A stretch of 64,000 nt of DNA from Eledone cirrhosa (Eukaryota), in NCBI GenBank assembly GCA_964016885.1, contig OZ024752.1, positions 50,351,844 through 50,415,843 of the forward strand, written 5' to 3'. Every line of letters begins with the position of its first letter. Positions within the stretch are counted from its first letter, which is position 1. Position numbers and translations under genes: made by a program. The notes under the pieces are model-generated. The model saw only the letters and a list, made by a program, of their open reading frames with translations, searched no databases and was not told the DNA's origin. Positions 55,523-64,000 of the stretch are shown in pieces.

Positions 55523-55865
55523 GGAGGCACATGGCTTAGTGGTTAGAGCATTGGCCTTGCAATCGAAAGGTTGTGAGTTCAATTCTCAGACCGGGTGATG
55601 TGTTGTTTCCTTGAGCAAGATACTTTATTTCACATTGCTCCAGTTTACTCAGCTGTAGAAATGAGATAAGGACTGGGGTCCCTATCATTCCACTGCAAAG
55701 TGGTCGTGGAGGTGCCACGGCAAAAAGAAAGGCACCCAGCACTCACTGTAAATGAGGTTGGTGTTAGGAAGGGCATCCAGCTGTAGAAAGCAAGTCAGAA
55801 TCAGTTCCCGTCCCACCCTTGCAAGCAGGGAAAAGCGGATGTAAAATTATGATGATGATGATGAT
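55523..55865 (+). mobile_element. Full-length SINE-B (tRNA-derived head, RTE-derived tail)
   Basis: A-box TGGCTTAGTGG and B-box GAGTTCAATTC. The last about 40 nt, cccgtcccacccttgcaagcagggaaaagcgga.gtaaaa(TGA)n, match the RTE end at 34060-34127. Confidence 0.92.
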
Positions 55866-56084
55866 ATATAATATATATATATATATATGAGTTATTCACC
55901 AGTCAAGTAACTTTCTCAGTACAGTTTAGAACCAGACATTTATTTCATTCCATCTGACATTTAATCGAATCATATAAAAACTATTCTGATAATCTGTTCT
56001 ATTCTAACAAACTTTTCTCTGCTATATTTTGATAAAGATTAGTAGTCATACAATAGACGTCAATATATATATGTGTGTATGCAC

Positions 56085-57606
<1,522 letters not shown>

Positions 57607-58054
57607 GTTTGTAAGAATTAAATGCACTTCTTTGTGGACCTATTTGAAAAGTTTAGTCAGCTGTAGCTGGTGGCTGTTATTTTCTCACATCTAGAATATT
57701 GTCTCAATGTAGACTTGTGAAAAATGGCAGCAAAATAACATCTTTAAAAGCACTGTGAACTCTCACGTATGACCAGCAGCTATTTCTTCTTCTATTTTTA
57801 CCTTCAACAGCTAGAGAGTTACTTTACCTATCTATCTTGTCAACTAAATCTAGTATGTAATATAATAAGAATTATTGGAATAAGATGAACAAGACATGTC
57901 AACTCAATGCATAATTTCATCATACACGTATATATATCTTTTAATTTGATTGTTATTCATATATTTATATTTATATTTATATATATATACATACAAACAT
58001 ATATATATATATATACATACATATAAATATACATGCATATATATATATACATGC

Positions 58055-58109
<55 letters not shown>

Positions 58110-58136
58110 TATACATATATATACATATATATATAC

Positions 58137-58203
<67 letters not shown>

Positions 58204-58855
58204 CATATATATACATATATATATATATTCATCAAAGCTTATTATCCTTAGGTGTAACACTGACATTCTAAGTAAACTGAATTGCATCTATCTAAGTGAA
58301 CTTCATGAAAATCAAACATAATCACAACAAATAACGCTTCTTTCTTGAAGCTTCTTATTTTTCTTTCTTTCTCTTTTATAACTTAAGAAAATTTCATTTC
58401 TATTTTGTTTATTCTTATTAAGGAAACAGCGACTATTTATTTGTTTAATTTACAATTGTGCCTGAAGCCAACTTCATGGTTGTTGGAAAATGGAAAATAT
58501 CATAGAATCGTGAGGTTGTGACAATTATTTTTCATATATATATTTGCTACTGATATATATTTTGACATTGTAGATAGAAATATCTTTTATTTGTTTTTTT
58601 TTTCTATGAGTCATCAAATGATTTTGGTGAAAATATTTCACATTTGTAATTGCAGAAGTTGTTAAAACTAAAAATTAGAAAAATCTAACATTTTGCTTTT
58701 TGAAAAGTCTTGAGAAATTTTATATCAATTACTGTAAATGTTTAATTTCCAGTGATTTGAGCAAATAAAATCTCATAAAATGAATTTAAGCACCAAGCTC
58801 TTTTCAAACTCACCCCAGTAAAACTGTCCTGAGTACTGCCCCTCCACCTCTGACC

Positions 58856-59154
58856 AAGGCCGAATTTAATGGGAAACAAAGGGGACAACTACCCTGGGCC
58901 ACCTGCAGTGAGGTGCCCCACCAATGACAGCCATGGCAATTTATTTGTGCCCTCATCTGGGCTTTTTAGTTTTAGGATAGTTAGAATGTTTTTATTTAAG
59001 ACCTGTACGTATAACCTTTCAATTCCAATTACTTGCACCAAACTAACTTTGATATGTAAATTTGGGGAGTTTGCTGTGTATTCTATTTGTTTGTGTATGT
59101 GGGACCCCCAAACCTGAAGTGCCCTAGGGCCCCAAGCTCTACATCCAACCCTGC
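58856..59154. mobile_element. Possible old hAT-like MITE
   Basis: Imperfect termini CAAGGCCGAATTTA / TACATCCAACCCTG, with GC-rich gggcc/ggcccc subterminal motifs and an AT-rich middle. Confidence 0.45.
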
Positions 59155-59626
59155 ATCTGAGTAAATCATAAAACAAATATGATACAAATATGATCAAAAC
59201 TTCAGGAGTTTCTTATCTTTACAGTAAATGTCTTACCAATAAACTATTTATTTTTCAACATGGCCTGGTTCTTATCACCAGTTTCCATAGCTGTTCAATT
59301 AATTAAGGAAGAATTTTGAAGGATTTACTAAAATTATTAAACATTTCATTACTAAGATAGTAACTAAATATATGGTTCTTATACAAAATTATGTTGGAAG
59401 ATTTTAATTTTAGATTTTTAATTTAATTTAATACATATGTGCATCCATATGATATTAGGTTTAATGCTTTCTGAAAAATCTTGTATTTTATGATTAACTT
59501 AAGATCAAACTTATAATGATAAAAACAAAACCTTTAGACCTATTTCCCACCTCTTTATTTAAAAGTTAAACTTCTATGAGCTGATCCCTCCCTTAAAACA
59601 ATACTCCTCCTGTCAAAGGTAGGAAA

Positions 59627-60062
59627 TCCTTTTGAAACCAAACTGCCTGAAATCACCACTGATTCTATGACACAACTCAGTTTGTTTTTAAAATCCTACA
59701 AAAATCTTACATAATTTTTTTGTAAGAACCTTTAATAAGTTACGTTCCAAACACCATCTTAATAATGAGAAAGTTGTTTTACTAAATCCCTCCAAATTCT
59801 TGATTAGCATATTTCCCGGTGTCAAAGACACTACTTTTTCCTATAATAAGTCTCAAAAATCTACCATGCGTCCTGGAGACTGGAAGTTGTTTATTATTTT
59901 TTTTCTAATTTTTGGTTGTCAAAATTAGGGTACGTCCTCAAGGACTAAGCGTCTTCGGCACTGGGAAATATGGTATTTTCAAAATTATTTGAAAATCATG
60001 GATAGTAGTGTGTTTGTTTGTTTGTTTGTTTGTTTTTTGTTAGAAATATTCTATTGAAAGGG
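59627..60062. mobile_element. MITE-B containing MITE-C (59807-59973) at a TA
   Basis: The empty site aaattcttgatTAttt at 8462-8478 is split here by a TA-flanked MITE-C; the element ends GAAAGGG|TTAA. Confidence 0.8.
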
Positions 60063-60868
60063 TTAAATGTCCCCTCTTATATTCTATAATTTTCACTTTC
60101 ATACTTTTACCAACCACTTTTCTTCCAATATAAAATTTAACTGAAAGATTTTTGAACATGTTAAAAATAATTCTGTTTTCGACACATTGCTAATAGCTAA
60201 GAATGATAACGCAGTAAAAATTATGGTGCTTTTGGAGAGATGCAAAAAAAAAAAAAAAAAAAAAGAAAAGAGAACATAGAATAAAGCTGCCATCAGCCTC
60301 CCCCCACCAAAACAAAAATGAAAATATAATAAAATAAAATAAAATAAACTTTAATTCTAGCCACAAAATTTTGCAACTTTTTTTTTCACTGAACAAGCTA
60401 TTAGATTACAAATGAGGAATGGTATAAAAATTATAATTCTGCGTATCATGAATGTGTTTTATGCTAATGAATATCAAAACTGGATATAAAAAACCATCAT
60501 CGCTGTTATAGACATTATCATCACTGCCACTAATTTAACACATTTCCTCTATCCAGGAATATGTTAATAGAACAGACAAAATGGAAAATAGGAGGGGGGG
60601 GGGGAATAAATCTATTATAATTTACAATAAATACATTTGTAGTAAATTCTTCATATTTGTTGCTTTTTTTTGTTTTGGTTATGGTTTTTTTTTTGTTTTG
60701 TTTTTTTTTTTCGTTAATATAGATTAACCCCCCCCCCCCTACAACCACAACCACCCCCACTACCACCATCACAAAATGGTTAAATAAAATTCCCCCAAAA
60801 AAATATCAACTTTTAAAAAAGCTATGCATCAATAGAATTATCATTTATTGTAGTAAATCTGTTTTAAT

Positions 60869-61050
60869 TAATTGTTTCTACTTTTGGCACAAGGCCAGCA
60901 ATTATCCCAGTGCATTACTGGTACTTTATTTTATCGACCCCGTAAGGATGAAAGGCAAAGTTAACCTTGGCAGGATTTGAACTCAGATTATAAAGGGCCA
61001 TAACTGTTCGCTGCAAAGCATGGCGTCCGACCCTCTACCGATCCACCACC
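60869..61050 (-). mobile_element. SINE-A
   Basis: Consensus match. Confidence 0.9.
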
Positions 61051-62195
61051 ATCACTTTTACAATCTGTTTTAATTAATAATAAATAAATAGCAAAGTAAC
61101 GAAAATTATTGAAACTATATAATGATCAATTTATATTTTATTTTTAATTACTCAGTTGACCAATTGAATTTAAGTGACTTAATGAGGAATGAAAAATGGA
61201 AAAGAAAAGAAGAAAAAAAGAGGAAAAAATAAATAAATAAAAAGGTGTTTGAATCAATTTATGTTGTATGAAATAAAAATAATATATAAGAAATAATTTA
61301 AAAAAAAACATTAACCTTAATTTAAAACAAATTTACATACTGAAAAATAACTTGCCCTTTGATTATTAAATATTTAAATATTAAATTATTTTGAAAATAT
61401 TAGTGATATATTTTTCTGCTATAAATTCATTTTCATGTTAAATAATAATAATGGTGGTGGTGGTGTGGTGGTGGTAATGATGATAGTGTTGGTGGCAGTG
61501 CTAATGGTGGTAATAATAGTTTCTGATTTAGACACAAGGCAAACAATGTGGTTTCATGTGGTACAGGACATTAAGAGTTAATATGTTACAGTCATAGTAC
61601 TGTTTTATACTTTTCAAGAATGTCTTGTTAATGTGGTTTCATGTGGTACAGAGCGTCGTTTCTCCCCATATTTTTCATGTTTTAATTTTGTCTAAAACAT
61701 TTAATGGTTATTATTTAGTTATTTTTTATATAATAAGTAAGAACCTTTTAGTTAGAATGTTCTTAAGGACATCTTAATAAAAAGGCCAGTTATTTTGCTT
61801 AATTCTTCCTAAACTTCCTTCCAGCACATAGATAGTGTATTTCATTAGAAATAAGCCAACAAAAGGATTAATAACAGTTTACATTTAGAGTGTAAAAAAT
61901 GTGATAGAAATACAAATAATATTGAAGGGACATTATCTGCACACCTCCGCTTAACGAGTCTTTTTTTTTTTTTTTTTGTCTTATTTTATTAAATGTTCTA
62001 TTTTTCTAATAAATTTCAATAATTCTAAAGCAGATGAAACATATATCAAAATAATTGGAAACATATAGTTTTGAAATCAATATGAATGTAACTTTTAAAA
62101 TTTCATATTTTCAAATTTTCAAGTATGAAATAATAAAAATTTATATAAACATTTTTTGTGATGAAGATCAGGAAAGTTAGCAAACATAATTTTTT

Positions 62196-62226
<31 letters not shown>

Positions 62227-62428
62227 GGGGCGTTAATATCAATGCATATACACATAAACACATGCACATACCGACAGATAGAATCTCTCATACACTGAAG
62301 CACACACTGACATATATACACATACAATGACATATAATACACTTTCAAAACGTGGGTGTATGCTCACACACACATTTACATATACACAAGGGCAAATAGA
62401 TAAGGCTTAAATAAGATTTGTTTTGGGT

Positions 62429-62469
<41 letters not shown>

Positions 62470-62493
62470 ATAAATAAATGTATATATATTTTT

Positions 62494-62553
<60 letters not shown>

Positions 62554-63254
62554 TAAATACACATACATAAATATACATACACACAAATATACTTACACAT
62601 ATATATTTTTTTACACACATAAATATACATACATATATATTTATATTCATACACGTGTGTATATATATATATTTATATTCATACACGTGTGTATATATAT
62701 ATATTTATATTCATACACGTGTGTATATTTATATATTTACATATTCACACCCACCCACACACTCTTTTCTTTATTTCTGTCAAACAGATAGACACAAAAG
62801 TAAATAAACTACAGCAAGAAATTCCAAGCACACATAGGAGGAAAGAATTAATTTCAAAGTTCTTCCTTCATATTCCAGTGAGTCGATATCTTGGAGATAT
62901 TACAGTCTTCAAATATTGACAGTAGATACTATATGTTGGCATATCAATCCATTTCTAAAGATAAGTTTTAAGAAGATTTACCCAGCACTCAACTTCCAAG
63001 TAAATATGGTAAATATCAAAGAGACAAGATGGACGTTTTTTTTTTTTTTAGAAAAATATGGAGACGCTACAACTTCAGCCGTTCCCACTATTCCATTTTC
63101 AGGCATACACAGCAAAACCACGAGTCTTACGTAAATCCTATATTTATTTAATGTAGTAAGTAAAATAAAAATAAAATAAAAATTGGAAAAAGAAGAAATT
63201 GGAGTTTGACAAAAAGAGATCGATAGAATAAGTATCAGACCTGAAAAGAAAAGG

Positions 63255-63352
63255 AAATAAGTACTCGGGTCGATATGATCAACTAAATCCCTTGAACGGG
63301 AGTGTCCCAGCATGGCTACAGTCTAATGATTGAAACAAGTAAAAGAATAAAA
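63255..63352 (+). mobile_element. SINE 3' fragment (same family as 18400-18570)
   Basis: ctaaatcccttgaa...cccagcatggctacagtctaatgattgaaacaagtaaaagaataaaa. Confidence 0.6.
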
Positions 63353-63699
63353 TAATCTAAATAGGTAAAAAAAAAAAAAAAAAATTCATTGAAATGAATA
63401 TATAAGAAAATTTAAAGTAGCTTTCTGTAGCGTTCGATACATAAGTTGGAGGGTAGGTAAGACATAGGAAGAATTCTTAAGTCTTATTATTGAAACATAT
63501 ATTACATAAGCTGTTTGTTCTTGGTTGAATGGCTGCTTGGAGGAGAGAACTGGAAGATTATTTGCATTATTTAGTCAATACTAATATGTATTGACTATTG
63601 GTAGATGTGAAACTCAAGTAGCTGAAGTATCTGCTGCCACTCAAATATGGTAATTAGCTTTAGTTAATAAATAATCTCGAGCATTTCAACTTAATATTA

Positions 63700-64000
63700 A
63701 TAATTGTTTCTACTATTGCCACAAGGCCAGCAATTATCTCCGTACATTACTGGTACTTTATTTTATCGACACCCTAAGGATGAAAGGTAAAGTCAACCTC
63801 GGCGGGATTTGAACTCAGATCGTAAAGGGACGTAACTATGCTAGAAAGCATGTCCGGCCCTCTACCGATACTGCCAATTGTCCGCCCTTTCACTTAATAT
63901 TAATAATGATTTCTATTTTAGGCACAAGGCCAGAAATTTGGGATCAGTGGAAAGTTGATTAAATCAACCCCAGTACATTACTGGTGCTTTATTTCATCAA
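63700..64000 (-). mobile_element. SINE-A (63700-63888) and a second copy cut by the window edge
   Basis: Consensus match. Confidence 0.88.

Noticed and set aside
55523-55595. tRNA gene (SINE-B and SINE-A heads)
   Set aside because: A/B boxes are present, but the heads continue into repeated SINE bodies and tails, and I could not form a proper acceptor stem.

Overview
AT-rich, repeat-dense eukaryotic DNA, most likely octopod/cephalopod (inferred from the massive (TA)n tracts, tRNA-derived SINEs and RTE LINEs with (GAT)n tails). No prokaryotic genes or CRISPR arrays are present, and almost every ORF in the supplied track is a microsatellite artefact. The one clear host-gene signal, missed by the ORF track, is a 170-nt minus-strand exon (27110-27279) encoding part of a kinesin-2 motor domain of KIF17/OSM-3 type. 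I found no other exon of it, so most of the window is probably very large introns. The rest is nested mobile DNA: at least three SINE families, 5'-truncated RTE and Tx1/L1-clade LINEs, TTAA-flanked piggyBac-like MITEs and TA-flanked Tc2/pogo-like MITEs, plus several minisatellites that arose from TE ends. Main discoveries: (1) a dispersed family of type I hammerhead ribozyme motifs with covarying stem II, two of them in a 143-bp-arm inverted repeat and most in sense with the KIF17 pre-mRNA; (2) an intronless orphan 199-aa ORF with a tightly packed, decayed upstream ORF and a polyA signal, possibly of viral or large-TE origin; (3) a CCTTGTG-N8-AGAAA 3' terminus shared by the commonest SINE and the Tx1-like LINE; (4) inverted SINEs bracketing the kinesin exon. 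All calls come from manual reading, with no database searches, and repeat boundaries are approximate.
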